From Candidatus Heimdallarchaeota archaeon (GTDB lineage Archaea; Asgardarchaeota; Heimdallarchaeia; JABLTI01), in the NCBI GenBank assembly GCA_019058275.1, contig JAHLVW010000050.1, forward strand, positions 1-64,000: a DNA stretch of 64,000 nucleotides, in the 5' to 3' direction. This document shows positions 50,193-59,662 of this stretch, piece by piece (position 1 is the stretch's first letter; each line of letters opens with the position of its first letter). The position numbers were made by a program, and so were the translations under genes. Under the pieces are notes generated by a model. The model saw only the letters and a list, made by a program, of their open reading frames with translations. It had not been told where the DNA came from and ran no database searches.

Positions 50193-51122
50193 ATGGAAAA
50201 TCCTTTTAACAACTTCTTATATTTTAAACTTAAAGTTGATATGATAAGAATGATTGATGAATTCTTTATCCTGAGAAGAGATGGATTACCTTTATTCCAT
50301 ATTACACTGGAAGAGAATTCATATATTATTCAAATGCCAACAGATCTTTTTGCAGGTTTTTCCAGTGCAATAGTTGCTTTTGCTTCTGAGCTAGGATCTG
50401 GTCATTTATCCAAAATTGAAATAGAAGATCAGATTTACGTTTATAAGGTTATGAAAGATTTCATTACAGTAGCAAGAATATCGTCTGATGATGACGAAAC
50501 AACAGCTGAACATGTAGTGGCAATTCTTTACAGAGAATTTGTAAGTGAATATAGAGATGAGCTTAAAGACTATGAGGGGACTGTTAGAAGAGATGTGTTC
50601 TTCCCCTTTTCTGAAAAGGTAAAAGAGATAATTGCTAAGTGTGAGAGAATAGCTAAGAAAAACCCTCATCTGCTAGCAAACATACCCCCCAGTATTGAAT
50701 TAGATGCTATAGAGAAATTAAGTGACTTTTCTGAAGAACTCGTTGATTTTTTCCCAGAAGCAACTATCAAGCTAACCAAAGAATTTCAAAGGAAGTTACC
50801 TGATGATTTAATGAATTATACCATGTTCAAATTAGGGAAAGAAGTTGGTAAGGATGTTGCTCAAAAGAAAATCAAAAAGAAAGTGAATGATAAATCACTC
50901 ATGAAGTTACTTAAGAAAATCAGTGTTTGTTCTTTAGATGAAAATATTGTTACTCTTCGAATCTGTCCTTTCTGTAGAGGAAGAGAAACAGAAGAACATG
51001 ATTGTGATTTCGTTGCAGGATTTATTGAAGGAGCATATAACGATTCAAGTATTTCAGCAAGAGAGATCAATTGCCATGCTGTTGGTGATAAGCATTGTAA
51101 ATTTAGAATTTACAAAAATTAA
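50193..51122 (+). CDS. Longin-domain plus V4R-domain fusion protein
   Basis: MIDEFFILRRDGLPLF...LFAGFSSAIVAFASEL (longin-like); CPFC...CDFVAGFIEGA...EINCHAVGDKHCKFRI (V4R). Confidence 0.75.
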   Translation: MENPFNNFLYFKLKVDMIRMIDEFFILRRDGLPLFHITLEENSYIIQMPTDLFAGFSSAIVAFASELGSGHLSKIEIEDQIYVYKVMKDFITVARISSDDDETTAEHVVAILYREFVSEYRDELKDYEGTVRRDVFFPFSEKVKEIIAKCERIAKKNPHLLANIPPSIELDAIEKLSDFSEELVDFFPEATIKLTKEFQRKLPDDLMNYTMFKLGKEVGKDVAQKKIKKKVNDKSLMKLLKKISVCSLDENIVTLRICPFCRGRETEEHDCDFVAGFIEGAYNDSSISAREINCHAVGDKHCKFRIYKN

Positions 51123-51140
51123 TGATTTTATGATTCAATT

Positions 51141-52610
51141 CTAGATTTTTACTTCTTTATAGAAATCAGGATGATACCTTACAGTTCTACTTTTTCCTTG
51201 TCCATAGATTTCTAATTTTAGCTTATTTACTAATTTAATCTCATCTAATATAAACAAATCATTATCAAGACCTCGTTGGAAGAGATCAAAACTATAAAGT
51301 GAATCATAAAGATCTTTCTTGAAATCTTCTTCATTCTTAACAAATTCAGGTTCAACAGATAAAATGATTTTTGGTCTGAAATTTTCTCTAGTAACAAGTA
51401 CTTCCCAAAGATTTACTTTTCCTGAATTGAATTCTTTACGTAGTAATTGATCGAAAATAATCGCTGAAAGCCTGATAATTCCTAGATTTATTATGCTATC
51501 AGTTCTTCCAATGATCTTTACTTTTGGACCATCTTCTCCACAACTACATTCATCTGATGAAACAATCTTTATTGAATCTCTAACACGATAACGAATCATT
51601 GGTAAAGCTTCTTTGAAATCGGTTATTACCATTTCTCCGGTCATTCCCTTCTCAGCTTCTGAAAAAAGAACCGCTTCTGGGACATATTCGGGATCATTAG
51701 CTTCTTTTTCCAATTCTTTTTCTGGAATTATTTCCATTATCGCATTCTCACTTGGAAAGTGCATACCATTATGTTCTTGACATTCATATCCTCCACTAAA
51801 TCCTTCTGTGAATGCAAAAAGATCAAATGCTTCAAGACCCCATTTATCTTCAATTGCTTTTCTGAAAGGATCCAATGATTCTCCTCCAAAGAATCCATGA
51901 GTCATGTCTTTGAAAATATTTTTAGGATAAATCTTCTTTATTTTTGTAGCAATTGAAGCTATTCTAAGCTTGATACTTTTTTGTATTTCAGCTTGTCTTT
52001 TCAATATTTTAGGAGTATTTTCAGCTACTTCTTCTGCCATTCTTAGTGCAAGAGATGGTGTTCCTAATATAACAGTAGGTTTTCGTTTCATCAACAAACC
52101 AAAACCATCTTGTACATATTCAGGCGTAAATGCTAAAACTTCAATAGGATATCCTAAATCACCAGTATTTTGTAGCAATTTAAATGGAGCAATTCCTGAG
52201 ATAAAAGGAGGAGGTAGAACTATAGATAGAACTCTTGCTTTAGCTGAAACGAATTTTAGGAGTGTTTTAGCTAGTCCAATTCCAGCTATCTTATAATCAT
52301 TAAATGTCCAAGGTATCCACTTCTTATTACCCATTGACCCAGATGTCGTATACCAAAAACCAACTGTTTCTGTTAAGATTATGTCTTCAACAGTATTGTT
52401 TTCCCAAGTAATTCTTAAATCATCAGCACTTATGAAAGGTAGTGATTTTAATCCTTTGTAGCCTTTTAATTTAGAAATATCAACTTTTGTTTCCTTCCAC
52501 TTGTTATGATAGAGTGCTGATTTGTAGGCTTTTTGTAATAACTCAGTATCATCTATCCGTTTCTCATGAGCATTATAGAGTTCTTGGTATTGGGACAAAC
52601 ATTTCAACAT
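51141..52610 (-). CDS. Phenylacetate-CoA ligase-like adenylate-forming enzyme
   Basis: LPFISADDL, TTSGSMG, GGESL, AFTEG, MIRYRVRD, IGRTD. Confidence 0.85.
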   Translation of the reverse strand: MLKCLSQYQELYNAHEKRIDDTELLQKAYKSALYHNKWKETKVDISKLKGYKGLKSLPFISADDLRITWENNTVEDIILTETVGFWYTTSGSMGNKKWIPWTFNDYKIAGIGLAKTLLKFVSAKARVLSIVLPPPFISGIAPFKLLQNTGDLGYPIEVLAFTPEYVQDGFGLLMKRKPTVILGTPSLALRMAEEVAENTPKILKRQAEIQKSIKLRIASIATKIKKIYPKNIFKDMTHGFFGGESLDPFRKAIEDKWGLEAFDLFAFTEGFSGGYECQEHNGMHFPSENAIMEIIPEKELEKEANDPEYVPEAVLFSEAEKGMTGEMVITDFKEALPMIRYRVRDSIKIVSSDECSCGEDGPKVKIIGRTDSIINLGIIRLSAIIFDQLLRKEFNSGKVNLWEVLVTRENFRPKIILSVEPEFVKNEEDFKKDLYDSLYSFDLFQRGLDNDLFILDEIKLVNKLKLEIYGQGKSRTVRYHPDFYKEVKI

Positions 52611-52695
52611 CCTTAAATTACATTACCGTTATATGAGCTATAGTTGGATATATAAAAATAGCTTAAACCGTAAAAATGTGTAAACTTCGTTATAT

Positions 52696-54087
52696 ATGTT
52701 GGTGTTAAAGAAAGTGGTACTTGACAGCATTAAATCCTTTGTAATAAAACAAAGAATGAGACAAATAAGAAAAGAGCTTTCAGATATCAATCTAGAGAAA
52801 GTAGAAAAACAAATAGCTAATGTTAATTGGCGTACAATTAATGCTTTTAAGAAATTTAATATTATAAAAGAACTCAAACATAGTGCTGAAAATTCTCCCT
52901 ATTATCGAGATAAAATCCCAGAACTCATTAAAGGGATTAACTACAAGAATGCATTATCAATTATTCCTAAATTACCTTTTACAACTTCAGCAGAAGTCTC
53001 AGTTAATTCAAAACAATTCCTTGCGGTGCCTAAATCTGAAGTTGCAGGATTGCATTTCACCTATGGCACAACTGGTGGTAAAAAAACTATCTATAATACA
53101 AAAAGAGATCTTAATTTAATCAATTATAGTTACACTTTGGGTTTCATCAATTGTGGTATAGAGAAGAAGGACATTGCTCAAATTGTTTATTCATTTGGTG
53201 TATGGCAATTAGCTGAATACATACTAAGTGCTCTTAGATCAGTAGGGATAATTACTATTCCAACAGGTAACTATGTTAGTTTTCAAGATCAAGAAGAGTA
53301 TATTGAAAAATTTGGTACTAATGTTATTTTTGGCACTCCTTCTTATGTTTATAATCTATCAAGAGAGATAGATCTTTCAACTAAGGTAAAGGCAAATATG
53401 AAAGCTATACTTGTAGGTGGTGAAGGACTGCCTGAGCACCGAAGAAAGGTCATTGAAGAAAAGCTTGGGGGTGAAGTTTTCATAAACTATGGGTTAAATG
53501 AATTTGGTGGGGGTATTGGTTCTGAATGTAAATGCCATAATGGTTATCACATCTTCCCAAATGTTATTTATGAAATAATAGATCCAAAAACTACTGAACC
53601 TGTTGAAAGGGAGGAATATGGTGAGCTAGTTTTGACTTCTCTACGAAGAGAAGCTATGCCTTTGATTAGATATCGTACTGGTGATATTACAAGAATAATT
53701 GATGGTGAATGTGATTGTGGTTTAAAGCTTCCTCGCATTGATCAGCTTAAAGGAAGAACAGATGACAGAGTAGTAATCGGAGCAGCAGAGAAATACTACC
53801 CTATAGTTTTTGATAAGCTATTTGATTCAGTTGATGAAATTAAAGACTATTGGATTGAAGTTGTTAGTGAAAATGATAGAGATTCATTAAAAACATATAT
53901 TTCTGCGAGAAAACCATCAGAGAAGCTTAAAGCTAAAATTCTTGAAAAATTCTACTCACTTGATTCACTTAAAATAGATATTGAAACTACGAAGACTGTT
54001 AATAAGCCAGAAATCATTTTCATTGACAAATTGCCCAATAGTGCTAAAAGAAGAAGATTAGTTGATAAACGAAAGTTCAAAACGTGA
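52696..54087 (+). CDS. paaK: Phenylacetate-CoA ligase family protein
   Basis: LPFTT, TYGTTG, GTPSY, NYGLNE, LIRYRTGD, KGRTDD. Confidence 0.85.
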   Translation: MLVLKKVVLDSIKSFVIKQRMRQIRKELSDINLEKVEKQIANVNWRTINAFKKFNIIKELKHSAENSPYYRDKIPELIKGINYKNALSIIPKLPFTTSAEVSVNSKQFLAVPKSEVAGLHFTYGTTGGKKTIYNTKRDLNLINYSYTLGFINCGIEKKDIAQIVYSFGVWQLAEYILSALRSVGIITIPTGNYVSFQDQEEYIEKFGTNVIFGTPSYVYNLSREIDLSTKVKANMKAILVGGEGLPEHRRKVIEEKLGGEVFINYGLNEFGGGIGSECKCHNGYHIFPNVIYEIIDPKTTEPVEREEYGELVLTSLRREAMPLIRYRTGDITRIIDGECDCGLKLPRIDQLKGRTDDRVVIGAAEKYYPIVFDKLFDSVDEIKDYWIEVVSENDRDSLKTYISARKPSEKLKAKILEKFYSLDSLKIDIETTKTVNKPEIIFIDKLPNSAKRRRLVDKRKFKT

Positions 54088-54094
54088 GAACTGA

Positions 54095-54727
54095 ATGAAT
54101 AGGTCAGTCAAGATGAAAAAAGGTGTTAAAATTACCCTAATAGTACTTAGTTCAATTTTAATAGTAACAGGAATTATAATTCCAACACTACCTTTTATGA
54201 TGAAATGGGATCCAGCTTATGGCACTCCTGTTCTTGAGTTTCCTTTTGAAAATCCTGATGATATTATTTGGCTAAGAGGTTATAATCTCATAGAGGAAGA
54301 ATCTGATGGAGGGCATCATATAGGCATCGATCTTGAGATTGAAAATGCTTCAACAGTGATTTCCCCTTGTACTGGAACAGTCGGATTGATTAGCTCATCA
54401 ATAAACACAAACAAAGGACATATCATGATTAGTATAAATATTAGAATAAATCTTGTATGGTCAATTATGCTTGTTTTCGAACCATATTCAAATTCCACTG
54501 AATTTCACGAAACTCAATTATCCAATATCTATGTCAAATCTGGACAAAGAGTTGAAGTGGGGGATGAAATTGGCATTCTTCTCAACGGTGGCGAATTTCC
54601 ACACATACATTTCACTGTAAGAAAATATTTCAAAGATGTTTGTCCATTTGACTATTCTTCAGATGAATCGAAGGCAGCGTTTCTTGAGATAGCAGAACGG
54701 ACCAATAGTACAATTTGCTATCCTTAA
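54095..54727 (+). CDS. Membrane-anchored M23-family Zn metallopeptidase
   Basis: N-terminal TM helix, HIGID (HxxxD), VKSGQRVEVGDEIG, PHIHF (HxH). Confidence 0.8.
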   Translation: MNRSVKMKKGVKITLIVLSSILIVTGIIIPTLPFMMKWDPAYGTPVLEFPFENPDDIIWLRGYNLIEEESDGGHHIGIDLEIENASTVISPCTGTVGLISSSINTNKGHIMISINIRINLVWSIMLVFEPYSNSTEFHETQLSNIYVKSGQRVEVGDEIGILLNGGEFPHIHFTVRKYFKDVCPFDYSSDESKAAFLEIAERTNSTICYP

Positions 54728-54813
54728 ATTCGTAACTTTATAAATTACAATGATAAAGTTATGAATTAGAATAGCTATAATTTTACTATAAGTATTTCAT
54801 GAGTTGATGTCCT

Positions 54814-55542
54814 TTGTGTGGAAGATTTGCTAGGTTTTCACCAGCCCATGTTTTTAGAATGCTCTTTCAATTAGATGAATTTGCTGATCTACCTCCACAG
54901 TATAACATTGCTCCCGGTCAAGATATTTACGCTGTGAGAGGAATTATCATGAGAGATGAACAAGCAAGAAGCGCTTCTACAGGAAGTTTCCAAAAGGAGG
55001 TTGCCCCTTTAAGATGGGGATTGATTCCCTTCTGGTCAAAAGAACCTAAGAGTGGTCCAATTAACGCTAGATCTGAAACGGTTACTGAAAAACCGACCTT
55101 TAAGGCATCATTTAAACAACGTCGTTGCTTAATTCCAGCTGATGGTTTCTATGAATGGCAGAAAAAGAGCGAAGGACCCAAGCAACCCTTTTTCATTCAT
55201 ATGAAAGACAAAAAACCCTTTGCTTTAGCAGGCATCTGGGATATTTGGAAAAATCTCGATGGAGACAAAATTGAATCTTGTTCTATTTTAACAACTGAGC
55301 CAAATGAAGTTGTTAAACCAATTCATAAACGCATGCCCGTTATTATCGAACCCAAGAAATTTGATACTTGGTTAGATACCTCTAAACAGAACTTAGACGA
55401 AGCATTAGCTATGCTTAAACCATATGATGCAAAGGCAATGGAAGCACATACAGTCAATCTTTATGTTAATAGCCCAAGTAACAAAGGAGAGAAATGCATC
55501 GAAGAGTTCCATGAGAAATACAAACAGCAGAAATTATTCTGA
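54814..55542 (+). CDS. SOS response-associated peptidase (SRAP/YedK/HMCES), abasic-site DNA-crosslinking protein
   Basis: MCGRF with Cys2, YNIAP, WGLIP, INARSET, RRCLIPADGFYEW, IHKRMPVI. Confidence 0.95.
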   Translation: MCGRFARFSPAHVFRMLFQLDEFADLPPQYNIAPGQDIYAVRGIIMRDEQARSASTGSFQKEVAPLRWGLIPFWSKEPKSGPINARSETVTEKPTFKASFKQRRCLIPADGFYEWQKKSEGPKQPFFIHMKDKKPFALAGIWDIWKNLDGDKIESCSILTTEPNEVVKPIHKRMPVIIEPKKFDTWLDTSKQNLDEALAMLKPYDAKAMEAHTVNLYVNSPSNKGEKCIEEFHEKYKQQKLF

Positions 55543-55748
55543 ACAGCTGATTTTTCGAAAAATTTTTCCACGGAATTAAAGCATTCCATGCATTTCTGTC
55601 GACAAAAATACTTGCAGTTACCCCTCTCACTTTGAGTCTTTTATTTATTAGAAAATGGACTGTATATTCTTCGAAATTGAACTGAGGATTGTGTTAACAC
55701 CACTTGAATCTGGAGAAAGGAGCAATTTAACCGGAGACCACGGAGACT

Positions 55749-58673
55749 GTGAACCAAAAACAAGAGGTTAGGTTCTTACTGACTGACCTTGATTACAAGA
55801 TACCAGAAGAAGAGGGTCAGCTGCCTGTGATTATACTATATGGGAAAACAAAAGATGCTCAAGTTCTTGTAAAGGTTCGAGGTTTTATACCCTATCTCTA
55901 TATGAAGAAGAATAAAGATATTGAGTTTGTCATACAAAATGACCCACTAATCAGCCGTTGGCAGAAAGGAATGGAAGAAGTCACTCTAAGACGATACTTC
56001 TGGGCTGGTGAAAGATTGAAACTCATCAAGTTGTATGGAGTAAACCCTCGAGAGATTAATTCCATTGGAAGAGAATTAGAGAAGCTGGGTCTCGAAACGT
56101 TTGAAACTGATATTCCTTATCTTAAACGATTTTTAATTGATAATAATATCAAATGCTTGAATGTGATAGCAGTAAAGGCCTCTAAAGTTGAACGAAGGGA
56201 GAAAGAACTTTATCTCGAAGCAAATTTCGAAGATATCTACACGGTATCAGACTCAGAAATTACTACTCCTGTATTGTTCTACCCACTAAAGGTTATGGCT
56301 ATCAATGTAAAGATTGCTCGAGATAATGAAACTGTTCAAGAATTATTACGGAAGAAGAATAGGCCAATCATTGCTATTAGTGCTATTTGGGGCACAAGCG
56401 CTAAACCAGAAAACGGTAAATTGTTTTTACTACAAGAAAATTCAGAAGAGGGCGAAAAAAGGGTCATAATGGAGTTCATTAGCTTTCTTCAAGAGGTTCA
56501 ACCAGATATCTTATGTACCTTTCAGGGAGACAGCTTTGATTTACCATATCTTTACCATCAGATGAATGTCTTGGGAATTCCTTCTTTCTTGTTATCATTA
56601 TTTAGGGACGAACCAAGCTACTTCTCCAGACAGTTATTATCTTATCGAATGAAAGGAAGAATGTCTTTCGACCTTGCTTTGAGAACATGGGGTATTCATC
56701 CAGCTTCTGGCAAAAAAGGGTTGTACGATGTTTCAGAAGAGGTTCTCGGTAGAGGGAAATTTGGGATCAAGCAAGACAACAAATATGATTTCATCTCACA
56801 TTCAACTGGACTTGGAGAAGCAAATGCAGACATAGCAGTTTGGAGCCTCTGGAAGAGAGGGATATTTCACGGGGAAAAAGAAAGCTTAAGTTTACTAGCA
56901 AAACAATGTTTTTACGACTGCAAACTCATTTTTGATCTTTATTGGAAACTTGGGATGACTGGTTGGATTGAAACATTGCGAGTAACAGGTTTTCCAACTG
57001 CAGAAAGCAATAGCTGCACAGAACGTTTGAACGGAGAATTTGAACTGATGCGCTACATGCGCAGAAAGGGGATTTTGATACCAAATCGTCCAGATCCTAA
57101 ACAAGTCGAAAAGAATAGAATAATTCGTGAAATGCATCCCCATGAAGGAGGAACAGTTCTATATCCAAAAGGATCTCTTCACACAGGAGTTCTGATTGCT
57201 GATTTCAGATCAATGTATCCGAGTGTTATGATTGCTGAAAATATCGGAGGGGAAACCCTTAAGCAGTGGATAGAAGCGAGTGACTATGGCGATCCAAAGA
57301 AGCTGTTTGATAAGCAATCACGATCGTGTCTATCAATTATGGAAGAAACATTGATTAGTAAAAGAATCCACAAGAAGGATGAAATAAAACGACTAACGAA
57401 GCTGCTAGAAGAAACAAGCAATCATGATGAAAAAAGAAAAATCCAAGATACAATTGGAATTCTCGAGAGAGAGCAAAACTCAATGAAAATAGTAGCGAAT
57501 TCCATGTACGGAGCTCATTTTTACATTCGCAGTCGCTTCTATACTCAGACATTGGCGTCGGCTATTAGTGATAGCGCTAGAACATACCTTTTGGGCATCG
57601 AAGAGAGCCTTGAAGGTGTTTCCAAGAGAATCACCCCTTGTGAGTTGATTTATGGAGATACTGACTCTACTTTTATCAAAATCCTAGATGAATCTATTTT
57701 CAATGAGATTTACGCTGAAACCAGTCTTGAGAAAAAAGAACGGCTCATAGGCAAGCTAATGCGCACTGTTAATTCGATTATTAAAGAGCTCAATAGCAAA
57801 CTTCCAAATCCTCTCGAGTTAAAGTTTGAAGACATCGTTTATCGAGTTATCTTTAAACCAGATAGAAAGAAAGCCTACAGCTATGTCAGCCTTCTTACTG
57901 ATGATTTCAAAGTCAAGGGGTTTGAAGCTGTTCGTTCTGATTGGTCCCCTCTTGCAAGAATCGCTCAAAGAAAAGTGTTGGACATTTTACTTCGGCATCC
58001 AAAAAACTCTCGAGATGGTGAGAGTGAGTTTCAAACTGCACGACAATTTTTGAGGGCACTTGGTGTAAAAGTGCTTCAAATGTCCACAGAAGAATTGCTT
58101 CCTAAAGTGGTAATTCTCTCACCTATTCGTCGCCCACCTAAAGATTACAAAGCAAAAGCACCTGCAGTCCAAGCTTTTGTCGATTTCGCCCGACGGGAGC
58201 AGCTACAAGCAGAGAAGGAATGGATGGACTACGACAAGTTCCCATGGGTAATCATTGCTGGAGAAGGACTTGTTTATGATCGAACTAGGCATCCAAAATA
58301 CGTAGAGGACATCGACCGAGAACACTATGTTACCGAAATGCTTCGCTGTTGTGAAGATCTGAGGGTAAAAGTTTCTTTGAAAGAGGTCAAAGGAGCGCTT
58401 CCGGTTGGCAGATTAGATCACTTCTTTGAAAATGCTCAAGATTTAAGAGCTGAAGAAGATGACAAACTGACAATTATTGTAGATGAGGATCAGCTCATGT
58501 TAGAAAAAGAAGAGTCAGTTATCATTGAGATCATTAAACCAGTTCAAAAAGGTGAATTGGAATGGAAAAACAAAAGTAAAGGTATACGAAGGAACGTCAA
58601 AAGACAGCGAGCTGCTGGTCAAGCAGCTTTAACGTTATATGCTAACTCTCCTGATGATCAGGTTGAAGAATAA
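55749..58673 (+). CDS. polB: Family B DNA polymerase with intact polymerase motifs and a degenerate 3'-5' exonuclease
   Basis: DFRSMYPS, KIVANSMYG, YGDTDS, KGFEAVRSDW; ExoI reads MAINVK rather than FDIE and ExoIII reads QCFYD rather than YCxxD. Confidence 0.9.
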   Translation: MNQKQEVRFLLTDLDYKIPEEEGQLPVIILYGKTKDAQVLVKVRGFIPYLYMKKNKDIEFVIQNDPLISRWQKGMEEVTLRRYFWAGERLKLIKLYGVNPREINSIGRELEKLGLETFETDIPYLKRFLIDNNIKCLNVIAVKASKVERREKELYLEANFEDIYTVSDSEITTPVLFYPLKVMAINVKIARDNETVQELLRKKNRPIIAISAIWGTSAKPENGKLFLLQENSEEGEKRVIMEFISFLQEVQPDILCTFQGDSFDLPYLYHQMNVLGIPSFLLSLFRDEPSYFSRQLLSYRMKGRMSFDLALRTWGIHPASGKKGLYDVSEEVLGRGKFGIKQDNKYDFISHSTGLGEANADIAVWSLWKRGIFHGEKESLSLLAKQCFYDCKLIFDLYWKLGMTGWIETLRVTGFPTAESNSCTERLNGEFELMRYMRRKGILIPNRPDPKQVEKNRIIREMHPHEGGTVLYPKGSLHTGVLIADFRSMYPSVMIAENIGGETLKQWIEASDYGDPKKLFDKQSRSCLSIMEETLISKRIHKKDEIKRLTKLLEETSNHDEKRKIQDTIGILEREQNSMKIVANSMYGAHFYIRSRFYTQTLASAISDSARTYLLGIEESLEGVSKRITPCELIYGDTDSTFIKILDESIFNEIYAETSLEKKERLIGKLMRTVNSIIKELNSKLPNPLELKFEDIVYRVIFKPDRKKAYSYVSLLTDDFKVKGFEAVRSDWSPLARIAQRKVLDILLRHPKNSRDGESEFQTARQFLRALGVKVLQMSTEELLPKVVILSPIRRPPKDYKAKAPAVQAFVDFARREQLQAEKEWMDYDKFPWVIIAGEGLVYDRTRHPKYVEDIDREHYVTEMLRCCEDLRVKVSLKEVKGALPVGRLDHFFENAQDLRAEEDDKLTIIVDEDQLMLEKEESVIIEIIKPVQKGELEWKNKSKGIRRNVKRQRAAGQAALTLYANSPDDQVEE

Positions 58674-59553
58674 CTTCTTTTATCTTTGGTCCTTCGCCTG
58701 TTAACTCTTTTATGAATTCCCTAGTTAATTCTACTACGGGAGTATCATGTGCTGCTTTACTGCTTCCTAAATCAACAAATGTACAATTTAGCAAAGTATT
58801 TGCTACTCTTAAAGCAAAATCAGCTTCATGGACTTTATCTAAGGATGCTCCAACTAGAATGAGACGTTGATTAATCTTTGGTAAAAGATCCCAACTATTA
58901 TATTTGGCCATATCAAATATGACTTCTCGCAATTTTCTTGGGTTGGCTTCTCCAATGGATCGCATATATGCTTCTGATTGTTCTGGCTCTCTCTTTCTAT
59001 CTACCCAAATATATCCAAGTAAAAATAGCAATAAAGGTTTCACCATTCGGATAAAGAATATTGGTGTTATCTTAAACATAAAAATTAGCCATCTTGGATA
59101 ATGAAATTCTACTCCTGGGCCAACAAGTACAGATCCCAATGGAGTAATTGTTTGTGTAGCTAAATTTTCTAAAATTTGGGTTCCGCCTAAAGAGCTTGCA
59201 ACACAAACATATTTTGTTTTGTCTAACCCAAGAGCTTTTTCTACATCGGAGAGATCTTCACTAATACGTTTTATTGTTACCTCAGCTTTTTTTACTAATT
59301 TACTTGATGTTTTTTCTCGGCTTTCAATATAGTATACTTTGTAATTTTCGTTTAGTTCTTCTACAACCTTCTCCCATCGTGGAAACACTGTAACCATTCC
59401 AGGTATGAAGTAAATAGCAATATCTTCTTTGGGTTGTTTAACTTTATCAAAAATAAGCACATATAGTTCACTACCATCAGAAACTTTCACAAATTGCTCC
59501 TTTGCACTTCGTTCATATTCAGATTTTGTTTCCTTTGCTTTCTTTCGACCCAT
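58642..59553 (-). CDS. Alpha/beta hydrolase
   Basis: YFIPGM oxyanion segment, ASSLGG nucleophile elbow, LDKVH Asp, C-terminal AAHD His. Confidence 0.8.
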   Translation of the reverse strand: MGRKKAKETKSEYERSAKEQFVKVSDGSELYVLIFDKVKQPKEDIAIYFIPGMVTVFPRWEKVVEELNENYKVYYIESREKTSSKLVKKAEVTIKRISEDLSDVEKALGLDKTKYVCVASSLGGTQILENLATQTITPLGSVLVGPGVEFHYPRWLIFMFKITPIFFIRMVKPLLLFLLGYIWVDRKREPEQSEAYMRSIGEANPRKLREVIFDMAKYNSWDLLPKINQRLILVGASLDKVHEADFALRVANTLLNCTFVDLGSSKAAHDTPVVELTREFIKELTGEGPKIKEVILQPDHQES

Positions 59554-59662
59554 CTTGATTACACCATCGTTATATTTTATTGGCTTTATCTGCTTTTACC
59601 TTTAAGAAATAAATATGTTATTCTAATTTGCATAAGTTTTAGTTAGTTGGATGAATCGTTTC

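Noticed and set aside
55749-58673. Casposon, provirus or other self-synthesising element
   Set aside because: No Cas1/integrase, capsid or terminal inverted repeats were seen; the polymerase looks like the cellular RNA-primed type and the flanks are ordinary genes.
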